The translations under genes were made by a program, and so were the position numbers. The notes under the pieces were generated by a model that had not been told where the DNA came from, searched no databases, and saw only the letters and a program-made list of their open reading frames with translations. This document shows positions 18,946 through 29,224 of a DNA stretch of 64,000 nt, in pieces. The stretch covers positions 832,001 to 896,000 of the forward strand of contig OZ242351.1 of the NCBI GenBank assembly GCA_965208675.1, written 5' to 3'. This DNA is from Candidatus Poribacteria bacterium (lineage in GTDB: Bacteria; Poribacteria; WGA-4E; PCPOR2b). Each line of letters starts with the position of its first letter. The stretch's first letter is position 1.

Positions 18946-19557
18946 ATGGCAAAGCGCGGACGAAAAAAAAGGACAGCCTCGCCGCCAAGACCGAGGTTTT
19001 CCCGAACGCCGGAGGATGACGTATCGAACTACAACAATAAAGGGCCTCTCCGCATTCGACTCTATGGAGATCCGGTGTTGCGCCAAAAAGCGCTGCCCAT
19101 TCCGAAAATAACCGACGTTGAGCAGAAACTTGCTGAAGACATGTTGGCGACAATGTATGCCGCACCAAACGGCGTTGGGCTAGCAGCACCACAAGTGGGC
19201 GTTTTGAAGCGATTGATTGTAATTGACCTGAATCGAGATGATGTATCTAGCAAACCGTTAGTGTTGATTAATCCTGAAACACAGCGTCTTGATGGCGAAT
19301 CAATTGAAGATGAAGGCTGCTTAAGCATACCTAATATTACGGCGGAAGTCAAACGCGCCAACGAGGCGGTAGTTTCTGCGTTGAACTTGGATGAAGAGAT
19401 AGTCTCCGTCAAGACTGAAGGCTTACTCGCGCGCGTATTGCAGCATGAAATCGACCATCTTGACGGCGTCCTATTTATCGATCGCGTTAAGGGATTAAAG
19501 CGCCAGGTCTTGCGAAAGAAATTACGGAAACTCAAACATAACACGCTACGCCAGTAA
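18946..19557 (+). CDS. def: Peptide deformylase
   Basis: GVGLAAPQVG, EGCLS, QHEIDHLDG. Confidence 0.97.
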   Translation: MAKRGRKKRTASPPRPRFSRTPEDDVSNYNNKGPLRIRLYGDPVLRQKALPIPKITDVEQKLAEDMLATMYAAPNGVGLAAPQVGVLKRLIVIDLNRDDVSSKPLVLINPETQRLDGESIEDEGCLSIPNITAEVKRANEAVVSALNLDEEIVSVKTEGLLARVLQHEIDHLDGVLFIDRVKGLKRQVLRKKLRKLKHNTLRQ

Positions 19558-19691
19558 AGTGTTAACACAGCAGAACGGGTTGATACAAAGACGGGAAAGT
19601 AACGTGCACTCAAAATTCACGCTTGAGTATTTTAGCTTTGAGATCGAGGCATTGCACCAAGAATAGCCGTGTTGTCACGTAAGTATTGTCT

Positions 19692-20528
19692 ATGACAAAA
19701 GAAGCTGAATCTTTCAGTACACATCAGAAGTTAAATTTGCTTTTCGAGCGCATAAAATCCTACGGAAGTGTAATTGTGGCATTTTCAGGTGGGGTTGATA
19801 GCACGTTCTTAACTGAATGTGCCCACCGCACGCTCGGGAAGGACGCCCTTGCCGTGACAGCGATCTCGGATTCTTACCCCGAACGCGAGATGGAAGCGGC
19901 ACGGGAAATTGCCGAATTGATAGGCATTCGATTTGAAACGATACATACGGAAGAACTTGAGATTGAAGGATATACAAGCAATCCCACTAACCGTTGTTAC
20001 TTTTGCAAAACTGAACTATTTGATAAACTCCGCCCCATCGCTGAGAAATATCAAATTGGCACGGTTGTTTACGGCGCAATCCCAGATGACATCGGGGATT
20101 TTCGGCCTGGCATGGATGCAGCGAAAGCCATGGGCGTTCAAGCGCCTCTCATTGATGTAGGTTTGACAAAAGCAGAAATCCGGGAACTATTAAGAGATTG
20201 GGGCTTTCCGATATGGGATAAACCTGCGTTCGCTTGTTTGTCATCTCGATTTCCTTACGGGACGAGAATTACTCGCCAAAACCTGCGGAGGATTGATGCG
20301 GCGGAGCAGATTCTGTATGATTTGGGAATTCGTCAATTCCGCGTGCGTAATCATGAAAACCTAGCGCGGATTGAACTTAATCCAGAAGAGATCGAACACA
20401 TGGCCGCCAAACAGATTCGTGCCCAAATCTATGAAGAGTTAACGTCTCTGGGCTATCAGTTCGTCACCCTGGATTTACAGGGGTACAGGCCGGGCAGTTT
20501 AAACGAGGGACTGCAAATTCCAACATAG
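19692..20528 (+). CDS. larE: ATP-dependent sacrificial sulfur transferase (LarE family)
   Basis: AFSGGVDS PP-loop, NRCYFCK, RPG, KPAFACLSSRFPYG. Confidence 0.9.
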   Translation: MTKEAESFSTHQKLNLLFERIKSYGSVIVAFSGGVDSTFLTECAHRTLGKDALAVTAISDSYPEREMEAAREIAELIGIRFETIHTEELEIEGYTSNPTNRCYFCKTELFDKLRPIAEKYQIGTVVYGAIPDDIGDFRPGMDAAKAMGVQAPLIDVGLTKAEIRELLRDWGFPIWDKPAFACLSSRFPYGTRITRQNLRRIDAAEQILYDLGIRQFRVRNHENLARIELNPEEIEHMAAKQIRAQIYEELTSLGYQFVTLDLQGYRPGSLNEGLQIPT

Positions 20529-20575
20529 CAGCCAGCGTTCTTCAATGCTGTAAAAATATAATCTGGAAAAAAACA

Positions 20576-21913
20576 GTGCTGCAACAACACACGGAATCCG
20601 TTCGACCAGCTGAACCGATGATTGGCGCCGAGATATTCAATTGGACCAAGTGGGATGCTTGTACCCACTGCGGATTGTGCCTGCCGACTTGTCCTACGTA
20701 CCGTGAGCTGGGCCTGGAGACCGATTCCCCGCGCGGCAGACTCTATCTTATGGGTGCTGCATTTAGGGATGGAGATCCCGTTCCTCTCAATGATGACTGG
20801 GCAAAGTATATGTACCGGTGCTTGGATTGCCGTGCGTGCGAAACAGCGTGTCCTTCCGGGGTGCATTTTGGAGAGATAATGGAGGAAGCGCGCGCGATTT
20901 ACGAACTTAATACGAACCGTCCTGCAGAAGAAAAGTTTTGGAGGCGATTTGCCTTCAAGGAGATTCTCCCGCACAAGAAACGGTTGGATCTTATCTTCGG
21001 TGCGCTGTGGCTGTATCAACGGCTTGGAATTCGTTGGTTTGCCCAAAAGTCGGGTTTGCTCAGGTTAATGGGGAAACTAGGTGAAGTGGAGCCGCTCATG
21101 CCCACGGTTTCCAATCCGTACCTAAAATCCAAACTTCAGGAGTTCACACCGTCAAAAGGAAAAGCTCAATATCGGGTTGGGTTTATTTCCGGATGTGTCA
21201 TGAATCAGGTATTTGCAGAGACGAACTTGGCAACTGTCCGCGTACTAATCGAGAATGGCTGCGATGTCATCACGCCGGCTGCGCAGACTTGCTGCGGCGC
21301 ATTGCATGTCCACAATGGTGTGCGTGATGTTGGCTTGGACCTTGCGCGACAAAATATTGATACGTTTAGTGCGGAAGACCTAGACGCGATAATTATAAAC
21401 GCAGCGGGATGCGGCGCCACGCTCAAAGAATACGGGAGTTTGTTGGAACGGGATCCCATGTATGCCGAAAAATCGAAGGCGTTTAGTGCGAAGATGAGGG
21501 ACATTAGTGAGTTCCTTGCCGAGATTGGCATGAAGCCGCCTGAAGGCGTGATTAATCGCCGCGTGACGTACGACGAACCGTGCCATCTCGTACATGGGCA
21601 GGGAAGTCGACTCCAGCCTCGCAGTGTGCTGCAGTCTATTCCGGGACTGGATTTTATCGAATTGCATGAATCGGAATGGTGTTGCGGCAGTGCGGGGATT
21701 TATAACATTACACAACCAGAGATGTCGGCGCGGATACTGAAGCGTAAGATGGAACACATTGCGGAAGTGGACGCAGAAGTCGTCGCTACGGGCAATCCGG
21801 GTTGTGTTTTGCAACTGCAACTAGGCATTCAAAAACACAACTTACCGATGAAAGTGATGCACCCGATTGAACTACTTGATTGTTCTTATCGGGAGGTAGA
21901 TCCGCTTGGGTAA
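20576..21913 (+). CDS. glcF: Glycolate oxidase iron-sulfur subunit
   Basis: Two CxxCxxCxxxCP ferredoxin motifs, SPRGR and two CCG domains. Confidence 0.88.
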   Translation: MLQQHTESVRPAEPMIGAEIFNWTKWDACTHCGLCLPTCPTYRELGLETDSPRGRLYLMGAAFRDGDPVPLNDDWAKYMYRCLDCRACETACPSGVHFGEIMEEARAIYELNTNRPAEEKFWRRFAFKEILPHKKRLDLIFGALWLYQRLGIRWFAQKSGLLRLMGKLGEVEPLMPTVSNPYLKSKLQEFTPSKGKAQYRVGFISGCVMNQVFAETNLATVRVLIENGCDVITPAAQTCCGALHVHNGVRDVGLDLARQNIDTFSAEDLDAIIINAAGCGATLKEYGSLLERDPMYAEKSKAFSAKMRDISEFLAEIGMKPPEGVINRRVTYDEPCHLVHGQGSRLQPRSVLQSIPGLDFIELHESEWCCGSAGIYNITQPEMSARILKRKMEHIAEVDAEVVATGNPGCVLQLQLGIQKHNLPMKVMHPIELLDCSYREVDPLG

Positions 21914-22014
21914 TTCGGCGCGTACAAATAGGCTTCACCTCAAACAGACTAACTTTCGCAATTTACTGGTGTACCAGCGTAAAGAAAGCCCACACCAGTT
22001 CCCACGTCCAAGAT

Positions 22015-23292
22015 TTACGTTGGCAATTCATGTTTGACGAACTTGCCTTCGATCATGACTGCTTTGGGGTTCAATTCGGCGTCTAGAATGACAAGATCCG
22101 CGTCTTTTCCGGGTGCAATTGAGCCCTTCTGATTATCCAATTTGAGACTTTTCGCGGGCGTGAGGGTCGCCATAGTCACGGCTTCCTCTAAGGAATATCC
22201 CCAACTGACGACGTTTCGCAATCCCTCCATCAGCGTAATCATCCCACCATAGAGTCTCGCGTCGCGTTCCCCCAGGTTTATCCAGACGGCTCGGTTTTTG
22301 ATGTAATAGTTAAGATTGGAGCCGGCGGATAATTTTTCCCAATCTAGCCGGTAAGCGTCGAGATTAGGCTCATACACTGAATGTTGTATCCACTCCTCTT
22401 TTGCAATACCCGCCAACGCGGTGCTATCCGTAACCAGTCCTACGCCTTCAATCCCTTTCCACATAATTAGCGTTTTCGCCCAAATAGGATTGACGTGTTG
22501 TCCATCGACGATGATTTCCGCATGAATCTTGGGATGCGTGAAGATCGCTTCGACTGCACCGAGGTTTCGGTGGTGCATGCCGCTCATGCCATTAAATGTG
22601 TGCGTCGCCCGTGTAATCCCAGCGTCTATTGCTGCCATGGCTTGGTCATACGTAGCGTTTGTATGTCCCATCGCAATGGTGATGTTATTGTAGGCTTCTT
22701 CACTGTAAGTGGCAAGGTGTTTGGTAAATTCTAGACCGTCATCATCTTCCGGTGCAATTGAAATTATTTTAATGGTGCCGTCTGAAGCCGCCCACATGGC
22801 GTGGAAATCTTCAAAATTCGGGGGACAAATGTACTCTAAATTTTGAGCACCCCGCTTTTCACGGCTCCCGAATTTTCCTTCCACGTAGGATCCCAGAATA
22901 CGCGCACCACCTTCAATGGGATTGTTCGCGAGGTATCCCACGGCTTCAAGCGATTGATTGATTTGTTCCATGCTTGCTGATGAGATTGTTAATACTATTG
23001 AAGTGACGCCTTGCACGGCGTGCGCTCGAGCTGTTTTTTCTAAATCCTTAGCATCGCTGAAAAGTGTGTCGGCACCGCCACCCCCGTGAACCAGCGTATC
23101 GATTAAGCCAGGAATCACGATGCAATCCGCCGCGTTGACAACAGTTGCCGATTGGTATTCGGATGCGTCGAACGATTCAGTACCAATCGAATAAATCTTG
23201 TCACCTCTAATGATGATGTTGCTTTTCGACTGATACAAGGGAGCATAAACCTCTCCGCCAATAATGGCGATTTTTGTATCATCTGGTGTCAT
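22015..23292 (-). CDS. nagA: N-acetylglucosamine-6-phosphate deacetylase-like amidohydrolase
   Basis: PGLIDxxxHG, GHTNAT, THTFNGM, IVDGQHV, VTDS, GSIAPGKDADLV. Confidence 0.8.
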   Translation of the reverse strand: MTPDDTKIAIIGGEVYAPLYQSKSNIIIRGDKIYSIGTESFDASEYQSATVVNAADCIVIPGLIDTLVHGGGGADTLFSDAKDLEKTARAHAVQGVTSIVLTISSASMEQINQSLEAVGYLANNPIEGGARILGSYVEGKFGSREKRGAQNLEYICPPNFEDFHAMWAASDGTIKIISIAPEDDDGLEFTKHLATYSEEAYNNITIAMGHTNATYDQAMAAIDAGITRATHTFNGMSGMHHRNLGAVEAIFTHPKIHAEIIVDGQHVNPIWAKTLIMWKGIEGVGLVTDSTALAGIAKEEWIQHSVYEPNLDAYRLDWEKLSAGSNLNYYIKNRAVWINLGERDARLYGGMITLMEGLRNVVSWGYSLEEAVTMATLTPAKSLKLDNQKGSIAPGKDADLVILDAELNPKAVMIEGKFVKHELPT

Positions 23293-23503
23293 TTAGCATT
23301 CCATTTGATAGTTAAAATATTTTTCAATGGATTAGGAGTGTCGACCACGCGTCCATCTAGCAACGGGATTGCAAGAGATTAACCATGTATTGAAGATTTG
23401 CTAACTCAGTGATCGTAACCCGGGTTTCAGCTAACATAGGCTGAGTGTTTTGGGATAATTGGGTATTGACGGTGAATCGAAGGATTTCCATTTCTAGAAA
23501 CAG

Positions 23504-24250
23504 TCAATACGTTGCTCTGCCGCCACTCACATCGTAACACTGCCCCGTAACGAAACTTGCGTCGTCCGAAGCCAAGAAATGAACGACAGCGGCAACTTCC
23601 TCGGGCTTTCCCACCCGGCCTAACGGAATCTTGCTGACCATATAATCAATCGTAGACTGGCTTACTTGTTCGAGGATGCTTGTATCAATAACGGCTGGTG
23701 ATACACAATTAACGAATATGTTGTGCGCCGTGACCTCTTTGGCAAGTGCTTTAGTCAGGCAAATGACACCTGCCTTTGAAGCAGAGTAAGGAATAAGTGT
23801 TGGATTTCCTTCCTTGCCGGCGATTGAGGCAACATTCACAATCTTGCCGTACCGCCGCTGAATCATATGATCGATTACGGCTTTGCAGCAGAGGAAAACA
23901 CCCTTTAAATTTAAATCTATGACCTTATCCCAGTCGGATTCATCCAATTCCGTCAGCGGCGCAGTTTTGCCAGCGATGCCTGCATTGTTTATCAGAATAT
24001 CAATTTGTTCAAACGTGCTCAATGTCCGTTGGACCATGTCTTGAATCTCATCTCGTTTTGAGACATCAGCTTGTATGGGGAGCACTTGACATTGCGACGC
24101 TTCAATCTCTTGCGTTACTTCTTTAATGCTTTCCAAATCAATATCTACTAGGACAACGTCCGCTCCCGCCTGAGCGATGCGAAGTGCTATCGCCCGCCCA
24201 ATGCCTTTTCCCGCGCCAGTTACAATCGCAACCCTTCCGCTTAGGTTCAT
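23504..24250 (-). CDS. SDR family NAD(P)-dependent oxidoreductase (FabG-like)
   Basis: TGAGKGIG, NNAG, YSASK. Confidence 0.93.
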   Translation of the reverse strand: MNLSGRVAIVTGAGKGIGRAIALRIAQAGADVVLVDIDLESIKEVTQEIEASQCQVLPIQADVSKRDEIQDMVQRTLSTFEQIDILINNAGIAGKTAPLTELDESDWDKVIDLNLKGVFLCCKAVIDHMIQRRYGKIVNVASIAGKEGNPTLIPYSASKAGVICLTKALAKEVTAHNIFVNCVSPAVIDTSILEQVSQSTIDYMVSKIPLGRVGKPEEVAAVVHFLASDDASFVTGQCYDVSGGRATY

Positions 24251-24407
24251 AAGCCCCCCCTTGTGTCACTTGAGTCTATTGCAGTCGTACAATACCAACA
24301 TTGAATGTTGGAATGAATGTAAATTGGTTTAATCGAAATGGATCGGAATTTTGGTGAATATGGTGATTATCCGTAGAGAACAGGTGGAAGAAAAACCCAA
24401 GGATGTA

Positions 24408-25064
24408 TCAACCATTGACCCGAAAATCATACAGCCCATGACGGAATATTACAACCCCGTTCATATTAGTTATATTGATTTTTATCTCATATCGACTAAA
24501 CCAAGCAACAAGCCCTGTTACAATTTCGCCCCCATGAAGCGTCGCCGTGACCAAAATTCTATCTTTGCAGCATTTATTGAGGATGTTGTCCTCAACGTGG
24601 AATCGATCGGATTTTGGGACGATAGCGTCTAGCTTCCGGCATTTCAATGCTTCATCGAAAACAATGTGCGGCAAAATTTGATATGCTTGATTTCGTTTAT
24701 ACATGTATTTGATACTCATTTTTTCAATTCGCCGGACCTTCCCGTCGGACAAAACATCTAAAGTGTAAGTCAGCCGGCGAATGATAACACCTACAAGCGT
24801 TTCGCCGTACCGTGCAAAAACCATGAGTGTCTTCTTTCGAATCTGCTTTTGGACGTAAGAACGGCCGAATCCCTCTGCACGGATTTGCGCCAACAATTTT
24901 GGGGCTAATTGACGGCGTGCCGGTGTATTCCGAGATTTATTATCCCGTTGCCTCCGTGCTTGTCCGTATGATACTTGGGACTGGGTGAAATACATCTGTG
25001 CTGCAGAAACTGAACCCCGTGAATCGCTTTGAGCGCGCAAGAAATGGGTTGTTGGATTTACCAT
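24408..25064 (-). CDS. Hypothetical protein with two Hfq/Sm-like domains
   Basis: C-terminal TLHGGEIVTGLVAWFSRYEI...VIFRHGL aligns by eye with Hfq Sm1/Sm2; a weaker N-terminal copy is present. Confidence 0.55.
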   Translation of the reverse strand: MVNPTTHFLRAQSDSRGSVSAAQMYFTQSQVSYGQARRQRDNKSRNTPARRQLAPKLLAQIRAEGFGRSYVQKQIRKKTLMVFARYGETLVGVIIRRLTYTLDVLSDGKVRRIEKMSIKYMYKRNQAYQILPHIVFDEALKCRKLDAIVPKSDRFHVEDNILNKCCKDRILVTATLHGGEIVTGLVAWFSRYEIKINITNMNGVVIFRHGLYDFRVNG

Positions 25065-25361
25065 TAGCGAGTTGAGTTCCTCATACCGGTTGCACGCGGC
25101 ATCGGCGGCGGTAGATTATTTAGAAACATGTATGTTTCAGTTCGTGAAATTGCCTGGTGTGGTTCATCAGCACACACTGCGATGTTTCTGCTGGAAAAAT
25201 TATCCTACTCTAATCCGGGCGCGATTTCACCTTTTATGCAATGAAATCAGGTTAAAATTCGTCTTTGCGTAGTACCGTCTTAAGAGTTTCATACTCGGTA
25301 AATAACCTGAATTATGTTGATAACGCATAGGAATTTTGGTATAATTCGTCTGTTTTAACTC

Positions 25362-25736
25362 ATGCAGTCACGGTATGGTGCAATTATGCGATCGCCTTTT
25401 TTCGGTGGAAAAACTCCCAGGACGTTCCGTTTTCTACGCTTCCTTTATCACCTTCCGAATTTCGTTAAACTGACTTGGCGTTTGTTTTGGGACCCGCGTG
25501 TACCGGTTCATCGTAAGGCAATTCTCGTGATTTTTTGTATGCTCGCGATCGTTCTGTCGGTGGCTTACTTTTATCTTCCCTTTGACGCGATTCCTGATTT
25601 CCTTCCCATTGGAAGAGGTGATGATCTGCTCATCGGAATTTTCTTGATTTTGGTTCCAGGTGCATGGTTGTTCATCAAATGTTGCCCGGACGAAATCGTG
25701 AATGAACATGTTGACCAGATATCGAAGCGACATTGA
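25362..25736 (+). CDS. DUF1232 (YkvA) membrane protein
   Basis: DPRVP..K, YFYLPFDAIPDFLPIGRGDD. Confidence 0.88.
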   Translation: MQSRYGAIMRSPFFGGKTPRTFRFLRFLYHLPNFVKLTWRLFWDPRVPVHRKAILVIFCMLAIVLSVAYFYLPFDAIPDFLPIGRGDDLLIGIFLILVPGAWLFIKCCPDEIVNEHVDQISKRH

Positions 25737-26034
25737 AATCGCCACAAAGATTATCATTGCGGAGCGGCGGGTATCAATTTATCTCACGACTAGCGCCAGC
25801 GCTATCCTCGAGTACGACTAAAAAGAGAATACCACGACATTGCAAAACACGCAACTAGAAAGTAGGAGGATACGCGTATTCTGATGTCCCTTTCGTCTTG
25901 ATGTGTATGTCTCGATTTGCTAAAATAGTCGTCTTGTTGAGATTCTCGTGAATTCGTCATATACACCATGTGAAGCAAAGTTTTATGAACATCGCTTTTA
26001 TTGTGATTTTGGGGAATAACAGAAGGAGAAGCTG

Positions 26035-27207
26035 ATGAGTCAATCGTGGATCCGAAGCGGCAATGAAGTGCTTGCAACTCTGCAAGATGTTGTTGCAACT
26101 GAAAGCGTGAACCCCGATTTGCCCGGCGGCTGTCGGGGCGAGATTGGCATGGTGGAATATATCTCTGATTTCTTCGACGCCGTAGGGATCCCTTATGCAA
26201 CACATGAAGTCCTACCGGGGCGGAGTAACATTGTCGCTACACTTGAGGGTGTAAACCCTGACCGTGTGTTGTTGTTTGAATGCCATATGGACACAGCTAG
26301 CGCCGACATCATGACCATACCGCCCTTTGAACCGCACATTCGCGAAGATTTATTGTACGGCCGCGGTGCGTCTGACACGAAGGCCGGCGGGGTGGCGATG
26401 ATGCATGCCATGAAACGGCTGAAATCGGCAGGCGTCAAACCGCCGTGCACCATCAAATACGCAGGCGCCGTGGATGAAGAATACCGCTTTCGAGGCGCGC
26501 TGCACCTTGCAACAACCGTCAAGGCGGACGCGGCGATTATCGCGGAACCAACTGAACTCGCTGTCATCCGTGCGCACAAGGGTATTGCACGTTTTCGAAT
26601 TGTAGTCAAGGGTATCGCGGCGCACAGTTCTAAGCCGCAGCTCGGTGTCAACGCCATATCCAAGATGGCTCGGATTATCAGCGCAATTGAAAGCGAAATT
26701 GTGCCGATGTACAATAAAAGTGTCCATCCTCTTGTCGGTAGTCCAACCGTGAATGTTGGCGTTATTTCCGGCGGGACACAGTTTAACTTCGTACCAGACC
26801 GATGCGTCATTGAGGTTGACCGGCGTGTCATACCCGGACAGACTCCGGAGGCGGCACTTGATGAGTTTCGCGAACTGTTGTCACGCGCTCAAGCGGTGGA
26901 TTCAGAGTTAGACGCATTTTTGGAGGAACCGTTTTTGCTGGATGGAGCCATGGAAACACCTGAAAGCGCGGCCATTGTTCAGACCGCAATCAATGCTTGC
27001 CGCGTTGTGCAAGGCGACGCGGCAATCACGGGTGTTCCTTATGGCACCGATGCCAGCAAATTTACGGCAGTCGGCATTCCTGCGATTGTCTTCGGTCCGG
27101 GCAGCATCGACCAAGCCCACGCCGCCGTGGAGTGGATATCTTGTGAACAAGTTCTAACGGCTGTAGACATTTATCAACAGATAATGATGACTGACCTTTC
27201 AGTTTGA
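26035..27207 (+). CDS. M20 family metallopeptidase (ArgE/DapE-like deacylase)
   Basis: HMDT, YGRGASDTKAG, DEE, AEPT, GPGSIDQAH. Confidence 0.92.
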   Translation: MSQSWIRSGNEVLATLQDVVATESVNPDLPGGCRGEIGMVEYISDFFDAVGIPYATHEVLPGRSNIVATLEGVNPDRVLLFECHMDTASADIMTIPPFEPHIREDLLYGRGASDTKAGGVAMMHAMKRLKSAGVKPPCTIKYAGAVDEEYRFRGALHLATTVKADAAIIAEPTELAVIRAHKGIARFRIVVKGIAAHSSKPQLGVNAISKMARIISAIESEIVPMYNKSVHPLVGSPTVNVGVISGGTQFNFVPDRCVIEVDRRVIPGQTPEAALDEFRELLSRAQAVDSELDAFLEEPFLLDGAMETPESAAIVQTAINACRVVQGDAAITGVPYGTDASKFTAVGIPAIVFGPGSIDQAHAAVEWISCEQVLTAVDIYQQIMMTDLSV

Positions 27208-27239
27208 TTGTTAGGATTTTCGAACAGGAGGAAAAAGAT

Positions 27240-27710
27240 ATGTTATCGGTAAAGCAACTGGGACACGTAGGGATATTTTGCACGGACCTGCAGACGTCAA
27301 AGGAGTTCTATACTCGTATCCTTGGTCTCACCGTCACCGACGAGGATCCCGAAGGCCGCTTAATATTTCTCAGTGCGCGGCCTGAAGAGGAGCACCATGA
27401 AGTCGCCCTCTGCCCGGGCAGGGACACGCCGCCGGGGGCGAAGGTCATCCAGCAGATTTCCTTCATCGTGGAGGATCTTGCTACACTGAAACAAATTTAC
27501 CAACATCTCAAGCAAAATGGTGTGCGCTTCCGAAGCGTTGTGAGCCACGGCATGTGCATCGCTATCTACTTCTACGATCCCGACGATAATGTCCTTGAGG
27601 TTTACGCGAAGACCCCGTACCGAACGCCGCAGCCGTATATAGAGGACGTAAATCTCGATCTGACAGAACAGGAGTTGCTAGCCATTGCTGAAGCAAGCCT
27701 CCAGTCTTAG
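27240..27710 (+). CDS. VOC family protein (glyoxalase/dioxygenase-like)
   Basis: LGHVGI, EHHEVAL, IYFYDPDDNVLEV; RBS AGGAGG. Confidence 0.88.
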   Translation: MLSVKQLGHVGIFCTDLQTSKEFYTRILGLTVTDEDPEGRLIFLSARPEEEHHEVALCPGRDTPPGAKVIQQISFIVEDLATLKQIYQHLKQNGVRFRSVVSHGMCIAIYFYDPDDNVLEVYAKTPYRTPQPYIEDVNLDLTEQELLAIAEASLQS

Positions 27711-27786
27711 CTTTGGTACTCTCAAATTTATTTGGTATGGCGTTATAGTATTATACTAACTACAGTGAATACTAGGAGATTATTCG

Positions 27787-29097
27787 ATGACTGAAACACG
27801 CAAACCGTATGTTTATGTTACGCTAGAAGGTCCTGATGATGGCGGTGATTTTGGGCCGAATACACCGGGAACCAAAACGAGCGGTTTCCAAGAAGCCATA
27901 GATTACGCACACGAAATCTGTAGGGATGTTTACGTCTTTGGGGGGAGAGGCGGAATGCACGGCGGCGAAGGCATACCACACAATGTGTATACGCTTGATG
28001 AGACGTTACGGATTCCTTGGAGTCAGGATTTTCGAATGGATGGTGGAAATTATCTGTTGGCCTATCAGCCGTCTAGCGGTGATGCAATACATATTGACAG
28101 CCAGATGAATTGCAGGTACAAGCTTGGTCTCCTTACTTGCGCTTCCGACGGCGCCACCGTCCGAATTAAACCGGAGACACCAGGTCCTGACGATTTTGTT
28201 GCTATTACTGCCAGTATTTTTGATTTCTCTGCGATCTGTTCTCAGGGAACCGGAATTGTTATTGATTCCTCTGAAGGGCTCATTATCAATAGTAAAGTCT
28301 TCGCCGAAGAAACGAACACACGCAAGCAGGGCGTCTATGTCACCGACGATGGCGGGTCGGGGCAATGGATTAGCAACAATCACATACAAGTAATGTATGG
28401 GAACCAATATCACGCCCATGCGAACTGCACGGGACTTCAGCTCGGCGACCCCGGATCAAGCAAGATAGTAAACAATACGTTTGAGATGTCGTTCCATTCG
28501 CCGAGAGGCGCATACTTGGATCCTGAGACCAAGAGATATCTGACTGCTGAAGACTTTGTCCCGGAAAATGCGGTAGGGGCAGATATTTTCGCTCAACGGA
28601 ATGTGCTGAACTTGTCATTTTACGGTAAAAGGTCTTCTGGACAGGACATAATTTTTGAGCCAGAATCGAGGGATAATACCATACACGCCTTCAACCTTCC
28701 GAATGGTATCACAAACCGGGCTACGGTGCCTACGAATCGAATCGTACCCAATTGGCCTATCGGTTTCGATTTGCCCACTCCACCAGTTCCGGCGTCGGGA
28801 GAATCGCTGGTGAATACCACCCCATACACTGCACAAATCATCATTCTTGCAACGGGTGAAGTCTCAAGTTGGACGCTAACGGATGCCGAAAGCCCCGATC
28901 AGACCTATCCACGAAACCTCAGTCTCGCGGACAATCTGAATCGACCGCAACTAACGGCGCCACCGCCTAGAGCACCAATTAACCAAACTATTTCTGCAGG
29001 CTTTTTCCCCGGACAGACAATTGTTTTGGAACCTGGGGAAAACATCCAACTCACGTATTCACAGGCGCCAACCTGGCGATGGAAGGCGTTAAGGTGA
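27787..29097 (+). CDS. Hypothetical beta-helix-like protein
   Basis: N-terminal DFGPNTPGTKTSGFQEAIDYA (pectin-lyase-like cap) and an Asn/Ile-rich beta region; RBS AGGAGA. Confidence 0.7.
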   Translation: MTETRKPYVYVTLEGPDDGGDFGPNTPGTKTSGFQEAIDYAHEICRDVYVFGGRGGMHGGEGIPHNVYTLDETLRIPWSQDFRMDGGNYLLAYQPSSGDAIHIDSQMNCRYKLGLLTCASDGATVRIKPETPGPDDFVAITASIFDFSAICSQGTGIVIDSSEGLIINSKVFAEETNTRKQGVYVTDDGGSGQWISNNHIQVMYGNQYHAHANCTGLQLGDPGSSKIVNNTFEMSFHSPRGAYLDPETKRYLTAEDFVPENAVGADIFAQRNVLNLSFYGKRSSGQDIIFEPESRDNTIHAFNLPNGITNRATVPTNRIVPNWPIGFDLPTPPVPASGESLVNTTPYTAQIIILATGEVSSWTLTDAESPDQTYPRNLSLADNLNRPQLTAPPPRAPINQTISAGFFPGQTIVLEPGENIQLTYSQAPTWRWKALR

Positions 29098-29224
29098 TTC
29101 TGCTGCGTCTGCGTATCCCAATGCAGCAAACAGAGCATTTATTTCTGTATGGACGGAAAAGCTATCGAATGAATTCGTGAATTTTCTAAGGCGGCGGAAA
29201 GAAGAGATAGCTTAATCGACTCTG

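Noticed and set aside
26193-26831. Long antisense ORFs (also 19062-19613, 40291-40815, 41334-41858)
   Set aside because: Antisense shadows of well-supported genes with no recognisable motifs.
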